A DNA stretch of 64,000 nt from Proteromonas lacertae (taxonomy: Eukaryota), in the NCBI GenBank assembly GCA_002245135.1, contig NGBS01001185.1, forward strand, positions 1 through 64,000, read 5' to 3'. Made by a program: the position numbers and the translations under genes. Under the pieces are notes generated by a model that saw only the letters and a program-made list of their open reading frames with translations, ran no database searches and was not told where the DNA came from. Position 1 is the stretch's first letter. Each line of letters starts with the position of its first letter. Positions 1-11,714 of the stretch are shown one piece after another.

Positions 1-590
1 ATGTCTTTTGGTTGTTTTGAGGAGGAGGCATTTCATTTATTTCATTATTCTGTTTTATCTCTTCTTTTACATTTCCTTTGTTATTCACTTCTGTTTCATT
101 TTGTGGGTATTTTTTTTTTTGTTGATTTTTGCACGTCTGAATCATGTTCAGGTAAAAACACTATGCATTTATAAAGTAAGTAAAATTATACAATTTGCCT
201 TCTCTTCAGTTTCCTCAGCAAAACACTCGGACCAAATTTCTTTTGACCATGCTTCCACTAATTAAATAATATATATAAATTATACTAACGATTTTGTAGA
301 TTTATTAGATTTTTCTGGAGTTGATGCGGTTTCTTCATCACTTTTAGTTTCAGATGCAGGTACTGATATTTTTATTTTGTCCAGTTGCTTCAATTTATCT
401 TTATTCTGTTCCTTCCACGATATCAATTTCTTTTGATTCTTTTTGAATTTTTCTAGTAGATCCTATTAATATATATTTCAATTCAATCTATACAGCATTT
501 TTACACTTTTGCGCCACAAGCATGGGGATTCTTCTACTTTCTATCATATATAATTATTCTAATAGAGTTAGTATACTTGACTCAGATCCT
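1..590 (-). CDS. Hypothetical spliced gene, runs off the window edge
   Basis: Four short minus-strand GT-AG introns (about 161-191, 258-285, 463-493, 541-576) separate readable exons (KVEESPCLWRKSVK, DLLEKFKKNQKK...STPEK, EAWSKEIWSEC). Start and frame around homopolymers are unresolved. Confidence 0.35.
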
Positions 591-709
591 GCCTTTTTTT
601 TTTTTTGATGTTGTATTTGTTTACTGCATATTAGAAGCACTGTTGTTAATCAGTCAGTTGGAATGAATATATTGGAAAGCTTGAATTTATCATAATCTTA
701 ATATTTCAT

Positions 710-891
710 GTTATAATAAGCAATTTCAATTTATATATGTATGATATTAATATCTTATTTGTATATCTGGATGTAGTGAACATTATTTTCTTGTAAACAG
801 TATAATTATGAAAATAAGAACGTAGCTAATAATCCATGAGTTAACATAATATTTACATGTTATCAATTAATTTCATTTATCCCTTTTGAAG
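710..891 (+). repeat. Dispersed non-coding repeat, copy 1 (partial)
   Basis: Collinear similarity (ATATTAATAT..ATGTAGT..ACATTAT..TTGTAA..AATTATG.AAAT.AGA..TCAATTAATTT..CCTTT..AAG) to 2340-2730 and 32455-32810. Confidence 0.6.
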
Positions 892-893
892 TA

Positions 894-1819
894 CCGTGAA
901 ATCACTAATTAAGTTCAAATATTTGAATTTTGAATAAATGGTATTTTATTTTCTGAACCAAAACCTTTTGAAATTGAATCAGAAAAGAAGTGAATTAAAA
1001 TGGGTTAAGAAAATAATTATCAAATTGGTTCAAATTTTTTGCACACATTTTTTAATTTTCTTTCATATTTGAATAAGTAGATAATTTTTTACCTTTTGAA
1101 TAAATACTAAATAATCATTATATTATGCCGATTCTTAACACTTTTTTAGTATATGTAATGAGAAAGAATTGTATAAAGATTTTGTTTGGTATGAATGTGT
1201 CTATGCTTAACTATTCTACTATTATTATTATGTTTATTTCATATCTATATACACATATCACATAGTAAATATTCTATTATCTATTTCTATAGCTTAAAAA
1301 ATTTGAAAAAAATACATCCATCTCCTCCAACACTTACATATACATACATATTACATATACATTGCATTAATATGATATATTTACATATCCAATCATTTTC
1401 TTTATCAAACAATTATGAAAATTTACTTCTCTACCTAATCACTTCTCACCTATCTTCATTCAAATTAATTTTCACAATATTTTGATAGTTTCATAATTCT
1501 GTAGAAATGGGTTCACTTTAGTCACTATATGCTTTATTATAATTGCATTGCTATTTTGACATTGTCACAATAATAATATCCATCCTATTTCAAGTAAAAA
1601 CCTACAACAAAAATAACAACATTATTTATGTAACGAATATATTTTCAGAAACATAAAAGCTATTAAAAGCTATTGATATACATCAATATACATATAAAAA
1701 ATGTTTAGAATACAGTTGAAAGATATCTCATTTATATGTTATCTAGCTGTCATAAAAAATAAACTGTCATAAAAAAAAGAAACAGATATTTCAAATGAAC
1801 TTAATTAGTGACTTCACGG
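894..1819. mobile_element. Non-autonomous Tc1/mariner-pogo-type element (MITE-like, 926 bp)
   Basis: 24-bp TIRs CCGTGAAATCACTAATTAAGTTCA (894-917) and its reverse complement (1796-1819, 1 mismatch), TA on both sides (892-893, 1820-1821). No transposase inside. Confidence 0.7.
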
Positions 1820-2339
1820 TAACTTTAACCATTTAGGGATGTTCCAAATTCGAAATAAAAATGATCCGTTTTATATTATGAAACGAATATTTATTTAATG
1901 AGCAAATTCCGAGTGCATTTTTTTCTTTTTTCTTTTTTTTCTCGACACCTAATAAGAATTAGAAAATAAAAATTTCACAGAATATGAATAATAGTATGCA
2001 CTTTATGAAAATTGAGATAGTTTCGCAATTACCTAACATAGGTAATTATTCGAATTATTGAGTTATATTTAATTATATTTTGTACACAATATAATGATTA
2101 CATAAATTTTGATTTGACAAATTTTTAGCTCAAAACTCTGTTTCTATCGTTCAGAAAATAAAGTAAAAATTTTCAAATATTCAAGCTGTTTGAGCTAAGG
2201 AATTGCTTTTTTGGCTAGTTCAGACGAAGGAGGAAGTAAAATTGAATGAAACTTTCTAAATGGCGTTGAAATCATATTTATTAATTTTTGGTATATATAT
2301 TGTTTAAGAAGGAGGTAGATGGTATTTAATATTTTATGT

Positions 2340-2730
2340 AATAAGAAGTATTTTTACTTTTTATAAATGTAATATTAATATTTTATTTATATATTTGTAT
2401 GTAGTTAACATTATATCTTTGTAATGCAATTAAATTATGGAAATAAGACTGTAACTATATTTAAGTAATTCATAGAGGTTAATAATAATATATAATATAT
2501 CAACATATCTAATATTTTCAATTAATTTTGTTGTCCCTTTAGAAGCAATGCTATTTATTTAATTATGTAGTATGTATATAAATGTATAATTTAGATAAGT
2601 TAAATAGACAATTCTTACACAAAATTCTATTTATTAGAAAAAAAAATGTGTTATAACAACTTAATATCTCTTATCAACAACAGTATAAACAACATATGTT
2701 ATATTTGTGAAAAACTAATTTCAAAAAAGG
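2340..2730 (+). repeat. Dispersed non-coding repeat, copy 2
   Basis: About 380 bp collinear but diverged similarity to 32455-32810 (e.g. AAGCAATGCTAT, TAGACAATT, GAAAAACTAATTT). Confidence 0.7.
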
Positions 2731-2885
2731 ACCTTACAAGTTAGGTTATATTGAGGATAAATTCGATTTCACAGAAGGAGGCAATACAGAAAGGATGTCC
2801 TTTCTGTAATTCAGGCTGTATTTATGAAAAACTAAAAGCCAGACATAATAAACTCTAATAATAATAATAATAATAGGTAATATAA

Positions 2886-5800
2886 TTATTTAATATTTAA
2901 GAATTCTTTTGACAAATCTTTCTTTTCTTCTTCATTTATTCCATCTAATTCGATTTTTCCTATTGATGAAAATGTTTTTAAAAATGATTTTAATTCTGAT
3001 CTATTTATACTCTCCTGTATTGTAATAGACAATTCATTTAAGCAATCAAAAACTTCTTTGCTCTTTTCCATTTCTGCTAATCCTTTTTTATTTAATATAT
3101 TTCCTGACAAATTTATCGCTTCTAATGGTTGATATTCTTTTAATCTCTTTATTAAGGTTGTTAATCCTTTTTTTGTCATTCCAACATCTATTAAATTATA
3201 TTTACATTTAGAATATACTTGATAAGTTTAATGATATTGGGATATTTTTACTAGTCTTTTCTACAAATATATCTAAAAATTTGCAGATTATATCTATCCC
3301 TTCATCTTTAATTTCATTATTATATATAGAAATATGTTTAACTTCTTTTTGTAAAGAATCGGTTAATTCTTTTAATGCATTATGATCAATTTTATTGTTT
3401 GATAAATCAACTTCCCATGATTTGATTGATTTAAATATCTTAATATGAGAACCATTGAGATTGCAATCTATTTCATTATATACATACATATTTATACTAG
3501 ATAAATCAACAGAATATGTATTCTTTTTATTATAATACTCTAAAAGCCTTCTCCATTCTTCAAATGTCCATGAAGGATTTTTAAATTGAATGAATGTAAT
3601 ACTTTCTAATGATTTATCACAAATTAACTGTAATGTATTAGTGCTAATATTATTTCCATTCAGGTTAATTAAATAACATTCATTAAGTGAATCTAATTTA
3701 TTTGTTAAAGATATTACACTTTCATCATCTATAGAGGTATTACACAAATCCATTTCATCATCATTTATCATTTCTAAATTGTTTTCTAATAACTTAAATC
3801 CAGCATTACCAATTGGATTATCTATAATATAAACATAATATTAATATATACTATGAATCAATAACTTGTCTATTCTATTGTTTTCTTTATATAGTTTATC
3901 AAATATTCTATTCCATTTGAATCTATATTATTTTCGCTTATATCGAGACACTTGATATTTCCATTAACATTATTCAAACCATCCACTAAATATTTCAAAC
4001 CAATTGAAGATAAACCCATCTCTATTACATTTAGATCTAAAAATGATTATACTTGAACAACCTATCCTATTTTCTTCATCTTTTAATAAACTTAAATAAG
4101 GAGATAATAATTTCAATCCTGCATCTCCTATTTCATTTCCGTATAATTTAAGATATTCAAGATTTGAGAACAAAGATATATTGTTTAATAATCTTTCAAT
4201 ACCTAAATTTGTTAGTTTATTATCTAAGTAATTATATGCATTAAATAATACTTCTCAAATCTAATTTTCTTATATCTTTTAACTCTTTACTTCTCAAAGA
4301 AACGAAATCTTTTATATAATCATCATCAATAAGGGAATCATTCAGATATAATTCTTTATTATTTATATATTTAATCAATTCAGGAAGGTCTTTATCTACC
4401 AGCAGTGTCTGTTTTCTTCCATTAAGACTAAATTCTATCTTGGAAATATCAAATTTGGAAAATAAGAATTTTAATCCAGTAGAATTGATATTACTATTGT
4501 ACGAAACAATGATTCTGCTAAAATTTGAATGTTTAGATGCTAATTCTATCATCGACTCATTATCCAAATTCATTCTTTCAAGACTCAGTTCATTATTCTG
4601 GTTAATCAAAATACCTAATGATGGAGATAATAATTTCAATCCTTTTGAACCAATTGGATTATCTATTTTAATAATTATTAATATAAACAAAGAAGAAATA
4701 TACATTGAATATCTACATATTCTAATTTCATAAATGGAATAGAATGGACAAACGATTCAACAAAATAAGAAGTAAGATGACAACATGATAAATCTAACAT
4801 CTTTAAATTTGTTAATTGATTGAAATTTGAACCAAATAATGATTGATTTTTGATTGGAAGATCAATATCAACTAAAGATATGAAAGTAATTAGAATTATA
4901 CAATATTCCATTTTTATTGGATTGATAAATCTTGTGATTTTGAATAAATAATTTATACCTTCGTCACAACAACAAAGACATGCGAGTCAATTGATATTTT
5001 TTCAAAATCACTTCCATTAACTTCCATATTAAATATCATTTCATCTAAATAACATTCTTTTCTACATTTATGATTCACTTGGAATGTCAGTTTATCTTTT
5101 ATTGAATTATCTTTTTTGCATAATTTCATCATTAATAATATTGATAATATTCTTTCATTCGGCTTACTATTGTATGATTCTATTAAATCATCTCGAATTT
5201 CTTCATATTTATTGTTTCGTGTATAATACTTTGATTGAACATCAACAAACCGTGATATTTCTATTATATAATCATTATTGAATAATATCTCTTTTCTTTC
5301 TTTACACATCATTATTTCATTCTCACTATCTTTCATCATTTCACTCATCTTTATCATTTCTTTTCTTAACTCAGTTAAACTCAATCTATCCTCACTCTTC
5401 ACTTTTAACATTCTTTCTATCATTTCTTTCATCTTATCATCACACTCTACATCAATACAGTATTTACATCTCAGAATATTATTTAGGGTTTTATTCATAT
5501 TATTATCTTCATTGAATGGTAATTTCTTACAAATCATTTCATAAAGTATACAGCCAATTGACCAAATCACACTTCTCTCATTACTTCCAACCCATTCAAT
5601 TCTTCAGGACTTTTAAAGCACATATCATATAATCCCATATCTTCATTCTTTCTCAAAACTATTCAAGAGTAAATCACATAACTTTATATTTTTATCATCA
5701 TCTTCATATACTATGTTACTACTCTTTAAATTACCAACAACTATATCATATTCACTCAATATCTTCATGATATGACATAATGAACATATTATGCCACATA

Positions 5801-6171
5801 TATCACCTTCTGATAAGGACTTACTCTTGATCATCTCTTCTAAATCTCTTACGTAATATTTTCGAGATATTACCATATATTCACCATCATTATTTATTTG
5901 AACATCATAAGGACAAAAGAAGGAACTACAACAATCTAACAACAACGATTGATTTCATAGAATTTTAATATCTTCTTTTCTTCTACTTCAGTAACATCTA
6001 TAATTTTCATCATCTTAGATTCACTATAATGCTCTACAACCGAATCTATTTCACGAACATTCCTTGTCTTTTTATATCTAATCTATAAAAATAAATTAAC
6101 TAAAATACTTGAGTATTAACCGGTAATATTGAAGAGAGGTTTGTATTTAAAAATGAAATAAAATTAATCAT
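2886..6171 (-). pseudogene. Pseudokinase-LRR family copy 1 (several frameshifts: pseudogene or consensus errors)
   Basis: Kinase fold (VVGNLKSSN, KLCDL, WSIGCILYEM) followed by RI-type LRRs (LxLxxNxIGDxGLxxL). Phase-1 short introns at the same sites as paralogs. Frame breaks near 5950, 5640, 5580, 4950 and 3960. Confidence 0.8.
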
Positions 6172-6324
6172 TCTTAGTAACGATATTTGTTTCAAAATAT
6201 TAATTCGTTTCAACTCCTTTTTTTCATTTTCTTATGTAGAAAAAAATACAGTAATAATGTATCCATAAAATAACCAAGTTGAATAATCACCACATAAGTG
6301 AATATGTTTTAATAAATCGAATAG

Positions 6325-7257
6325 ATGATAAAAGATGATTTGCTGTTGATGAATAGTATAAAAGAGAAAGCAGTAGAATATTTGAAGATAGAGAATATGT
6401 TAGAAGACAAAGAATTAACAGATCCTTCAAGTGAATATTATAATAAACCTGAAGAATATGGAATGAAAAAATTTGCATTTTATTTATGTGAAGAATGTAA
6501 AAAGCCATATTATGCTGGATTAGCTGCTTGTGGAGATGGAAATGTACAACAACAACAACCTCCACCACAACAACAATTTCCATTTCGAAGACATCCAGGA
6601 AGAAAAAGATATCCTAAAAGACCTGCAATTAGAAATCTTCCACCTCCACCTCCACCACCACCTCCTCCTTCAGGAAGACATCTTCCCCTTCCACCAGAAA
6701 TGAATATACCTCAACCACTTCCACTTCCACCTCCAGTTCAAAATGATTATGATTATGATTATGATTATGATGAGTATGAAGAAGAATCTGATGATGATGA
6801 TGCTGATATTTTTGGTTTTAATCATCATGAACAAAGAATAGATATGAATATGATTATTCCAGATGTAAAAGTAGATGATAATAGAAAACTATGTAGTATG
6901 TTATATTCATGTTTATATTATATATTTTGAATAGATAAGTGTAGATATAAGAATTCAAAAATCAAACCATGTGATATTCATGGATTTGAATATGCAGTTT
7001 TTAAATGTCGATATTGTTGTAATCCAAGTGTTTGGTTTTGTTTTGGAACAACTCATTTTTGTGAAGAATGTCATAATATTCATAATGCAATACAGAATAA
7101 GGTATAGTATTGTTGATTATTATATAATTAGCCATTGAATGAACTTCCAAAATGTTTAGGTAAAGGTAAATGTCCAAGTGGTGGAAATCACCCACAAAAT
7201 GGAGTAGAACACTATTTAGGTTGTAGTGTATGTTTAGCAAATGCTGCAAAGATGTGA
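6325..7257 (+). pseudogene. 5'-truncated duplicate of the MYCBP2-type tandem-cysteine domain exons
   Basis: Same sequence as the 3' part of the gene at 9317-11496 (FYLCEECKKPYYAG...KCRYCC...WFCFGTTHFC...LGCSVC). RING and upstream parts are missing. Confidence 0.8.
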
Positions 7258-7468
7258 TTAAAATTAAAATAAATTATCTAATATTGGTTATATGCTACTT
7301 TTATTCTTTTACTGTAAAAAACATAACAAAAAACTAGTCATGTCATATTTAGAGAATTTAAGAAGACAGCTTAGTAGTGAACTAAGTATAATCGATATTC
7401 TATTGTATAAAACAGAAAAGGGGGATTGTGCAGATAAAGATCTGATATTAGCTCTTCAATATGGTATT
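6325..7468 (+). repeat. Left arm of 1144-bp inverted duplication (partner 9106-10249)
   Basis: Reverse complement of 9106-10249. Identical ORF translations except SSELS vs SSILS. Confidence 0.95.
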
Positions 7469-9234
7469 TCATCAACTGGAGGTTCTCCACATTCAGCCAA
7501 ACCAGCATAATATGGTTTATGACATTCATCACATAAATAAAATGCAAATTTCTTTAAACCATATTCTTCAGGTTTATTATAAAATTCACTTGAAGGATTT
7601 GTCAATTCTTTATCATTCATCATATTTTCTACTTTTATATAACTCAAACAAGCTCTTTTCACTGTATCTAATAGTTTTAATTCAGGATGGATTATCTCAT
7701 TTATTGAAGGATGTTCCATTATTTTTCTACATTGAGGACATTCTAAATAACCAAATGATATTCGAATACCACTCCATTTATTCTTTATCTTTTCTATTAC
7801 ACAATTATAATGGAATATATGACCACATTTTAATATAATACAAGGAGAATCACTCAATCCTTCACTATAACAAATAGTACAATATTCATTTCCATCTATT
7901 TTATTACTATCACTACATTTAGGGTTGAAACAAGGAAGACAAGGTGAATGAAGAAGTCCACAACAATAATGACCACATTTAAGCTTCTTTTGACATCCAA
8001 TAACAAGTTTATTATAACAATCTTCATCACTACAAACATCACAGTTTCTTATTGCATTGAGTTTCTTATGACAATATCTACATTTTTTGATTCTTAAAAA
8101 TACATTATATTCTTCACATGTTTTACCTAAATGGAATGGAATTTTACTACAATTTCTACACCATATTGTTCTATTGTTCATTATATATATATATATATAT
8201 ACTCACATTTACTACATCTTACTCTATATTTATCTCTAGCTTGAATTTGCTTTAATGTTATTACATTTCCTTCATCATCTTTTTCTCCTGTTATTTGTTT
8301 ATGCACTTCACCTACTTCAATCTATTCATTATATATAAAATAATGAAATATACATAAAATATCAATTTACAATTTGGACATTCAGCTAAATCTCCATTTT
8401 CTAATAATGGAGCTAAATTCATTTTCTTTTCATTCTTCTCAAATATATTTTTTAATTGTTTATCTCCATTACATTGCGATTGTATTAATTTAAATGGTTT
8501 ATTGCATTTTGGACATATATATTCACTACTTTCATTATTCTCTAATTCTAATATGAAATGTTTGAAACATTTCTTGCACATTATATGACCACATTGTAAC
8601 TCTACAGACTTAAGCGTTTGAGGTTCTTCAGCACGAATTGAACATAAAACAAACTCTTTATGAATGAATGAAACATTGAATAGGTTTGTTTCACTTTTCT
8701 GTGATTCAAGTTGTGATAATTTCTTTTCAATATAAGATTGATTAGCTTTCAACTCATTATCTGTAATTATTTCGCAATTAACAGCCCATTTGTCAAGCTG
8801 AAAGTAAAATATACAATAACCATCTGGACATTTATAGCCCATAGTTTCTAGGCCAATATTGCGTATATACTCTGATAAACACTCACTACAGAACACATGA
8901 TTACAATTCTATGTCATAATGCTGAAATAAATATACCAATTGTATTGTATTTATCGAATCAGCTATTTTATTACATATTGAACATCTAATATTCTCTCTA
9001 CATAAAAAAGTTGTTTTAATCACAGAATTATTATCTAGTGAGAATGATTCTACTGCATCACCTATCAATATATTTTTCAAATATACTGTTACCATTATTA
9101 TACTCAATACCATATTGAAGAGCTAATATCAGATCTTTATCTGCACAATCCCCCTTTTCTGTTTTATACAATAGAATATCGATTATACTTAGTATACTAC
9201 TAAGCTGTCTTCTTAAATTCTCTAAATATGACAT
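7456..9234 (-). CDS. RING-RING-IBR + MYCBP2-like RING E3 ligase paralog A, C-terminally truncated
   Basis: Spliced model from MSYLENLRR: two C3HC4-like RINGs, IBR (CPNC...CSKC..WCRNCSKIPFHLGKTC), MYCBP2-like CTICYSEGLSDSPCIILKCGHIFH...KWSGIRISFGYLECPQC. Ends just after YAGLAECG at the inverted-repeat junction. Confidence 0.8.
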
Positions 9235-10249
9235 GACTAGTTTTTTGTTATGTTTTTTACAGTAAAAGAATAAAAGTAGCATATAACCAATATTAGATAA
9301 TTTATTTTAATTTTAATCACATCTTTGCAGCATTTGCTAAACATACACTACAACCTAAATAGTGTTCTACTCCATTTTGTGGGTGATTTCCACCACTTGG
9401 ACATTTACCTTTACCTAAACATTTTGGAAGTTCATTCAATGGCTAATTATATAATAATCAACAATACTATACCTTATTCTGTATTGCATTATGAATATTA
9501 TGACATTCTTCACAAAAATGAGTTGTTCCAAAACAAAACCAAACACTTGGATTACAACAATATCGACATTTAAAAACTGCATATTCAAATCCATGAATAT
9601 CACATGGTTTGATTTTTGAATTCTTATATCTACACTTATCTATTCAAAATATATAATATAAACATGAATATAACATACTACATAGTTTTCTATTATCATC
9701 TACTTTTACATCTGGAATAATCATATTCATATCTATTCTTTGTTCATGATGATTAAAACCAAAAATATCAGCATCATCATCATCAGATTCTTCTTCATAC
9801 TCATCATAATCATAATCATAATCATAATCATTTTGAACTGGAGGTGGAAGTGGAAGTGGTTGAGGTATATTCATTTCTGGTGGAAGGGGAAGATGTCTTC
9901 CTGAAGGAGGAGGTGGTGGTGGAGGTGGAGGTGGAAGATTTCTAATTGCAGGTCTTTTAGGATATCTTTTTCTTCCTGGATGTCTTCGAAATGGAAATTG
10001 TTGTTGTGGTGGAGGTTGTTGTTGTTGTACATTTCCATCTCCACAAGCAGCTAATCCAGCATAATATGGCTTTTTACATTCTTCACATAAATAAAATGCA
10101 AATTTTTTCATTCCATATTCTTCAGGTTTATTATAATATTCACTTGAAGGATCTGTTAATTCTTTGTCTTCTAACATATTCTCTATCTTCAAATATTCTA
10201 CTGCTTTCTCTTTTATACTATTCATCAACAGCAAATCATCTTTTATCAT
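9106..10249 (-). repeat. Right arm (probable source) of 1144-bp inverted duplication
   Basis: Covers the 3' end of paralog B, the intergenic region and the 5' end of paralog A. Confidence 0.95.
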
Positions 10250-11496
10250 ATCAGAAATACGCTCATGATTCATTATCTATTTCAATATACAAACATAATA
10301 TATATACTTTGTCACATAAAGGACAGTTCAAATATTTAAAGGAGATTCGATTGCCTGTCCAACGACTTTTTATTCGTTCGATTATACAATCATAATGAAA
10401 TATATGACCACATGCTAACTCTATACAAGGACTTTGACATAAACTTTCACTCCAACAAATATTACAAAAATCTTCACTAATACTTTCGATTGATGAGTCA
10501 ATATGATCTACACAGCCTTCCATCAAACAAGGAAGACATTTACTTTTATTTATTCCAAAACAACGATGACCACATTTCAATATCTTTTTACAGCATAAAT
10601 CATCTTTCTCTTTACATTCACTTCTTTCACAGATATCAATTTCACTTTCTTGATCTTCTAATATATTCTTACAATATCGACATTTTCTCATCTTTAAATA
10701 TTTATCATATTCTTCACATGTTTTACCTAAATGATATGGAATCACTTTACATTTTATACACCAATTCGTTCTATTATAAATAAAACATAAACAAATATTA
10801 TACTCACATCTTATACATCTAACTCTATATCGATCTCGATGTTGAATTGATTCTAAATTCATCACATTTCCTTCATTATCTGTCTCACCAGTTATTTCAT
10901 TATGAATTTCACCTTCTTCTAAGATAAAACAACATTTACATGTCTCATTAGGACAATAATACAATGTTTCATCAGGAAGTATTTGCTTTAGTTTGAATAA
11001 TTCATTCTCACTTAATTCTTCTTCTTTTAATACTCTATTTGAAACTAGCCATCTATCTAACTCAAATATTACATCACAATCTTTACAAGCACATTTATAA
11101 TCACTATGATTTAAACCAATCTCTTTTATATATTTAGATAAACATGATTTACAAAAACGATGTGAACAGTTCTATTAAACATACATTTCATAATAAAATA
11201 AATCATACAGGTAACTCCACTGCTTCACTTTCTTCTGGAATTGATTTACATATATTACATATAACAAGTCTTTTAACAAAATCTTCATCATTTTGATCAT
11301 CGGCTATATCTATCACTTCTTTACGTTCTTCAGAGCTTCTTTCATCCATATCACTTTCATCTGAATCATCAATAATTATGTAAGGAGGAGTTGTGTCTTT
11401 GATTGGCTTTTCTTCTTTATCTATTTCATCTATAGATAGCTGCAGAATACGTTGCTCATATTCATCTGTATCTATAACATTATCTACGCTATTCAT
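9317..11496 (-). CDS. RING1-IBR fused to MYCBP2/PHR-type RING-Cys-relay E3 ligase, paralog B (complete)
   Basis: Spliced: CNIC...CSHRFCKSC...CKDC RING, IBR (CPNETC..CIRC..WCIKCKVIPYHLGKTC), RING (CNICWSESLCQSPCIELACGHIFH), then the TC domain YAGLAAC...FKCRYCCNPSVWFCFGTTHFCEECH...HPQNG..LGCSVC, recognisably the MYCBP2 C-terminus. Confidence 0.88.
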
Positions 11497-11714
11497 TTTA
11501 ATAATCGATTTTATGTAAATTTATATTTACATTGACATTTCAAATGACATAAATAAAAATTGATTATCAAGTTCTATATTTGTAGACAATTACTCATAAT
11601 ATCAAAATTTACTATTTACATTATTAACTAATACTTATAACACTCAGAAATTTAAATGAAATGAAAATGAGAATCAAGTTTTTCTCAAGCTAAACTGTTA
11701 TTTTTTTATTTTTC

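Noticed and set aside
1195..1485. This ORF and the many short antisense ORFs in the track (e.g. 4440-4733, 29881-30300, 62658-63071)
   Set aside because: Low-complexity I/L/F/Y translations of AT-rich DNA or shadows of real genes, with no motifs.
2785..2808. Hairpin TACAGAAAGGA-TG-TCCTTTCTGTA as a Helitron 3' end
   Set aside because: No CTRR terminus at the expected distance and no second copy in the window.
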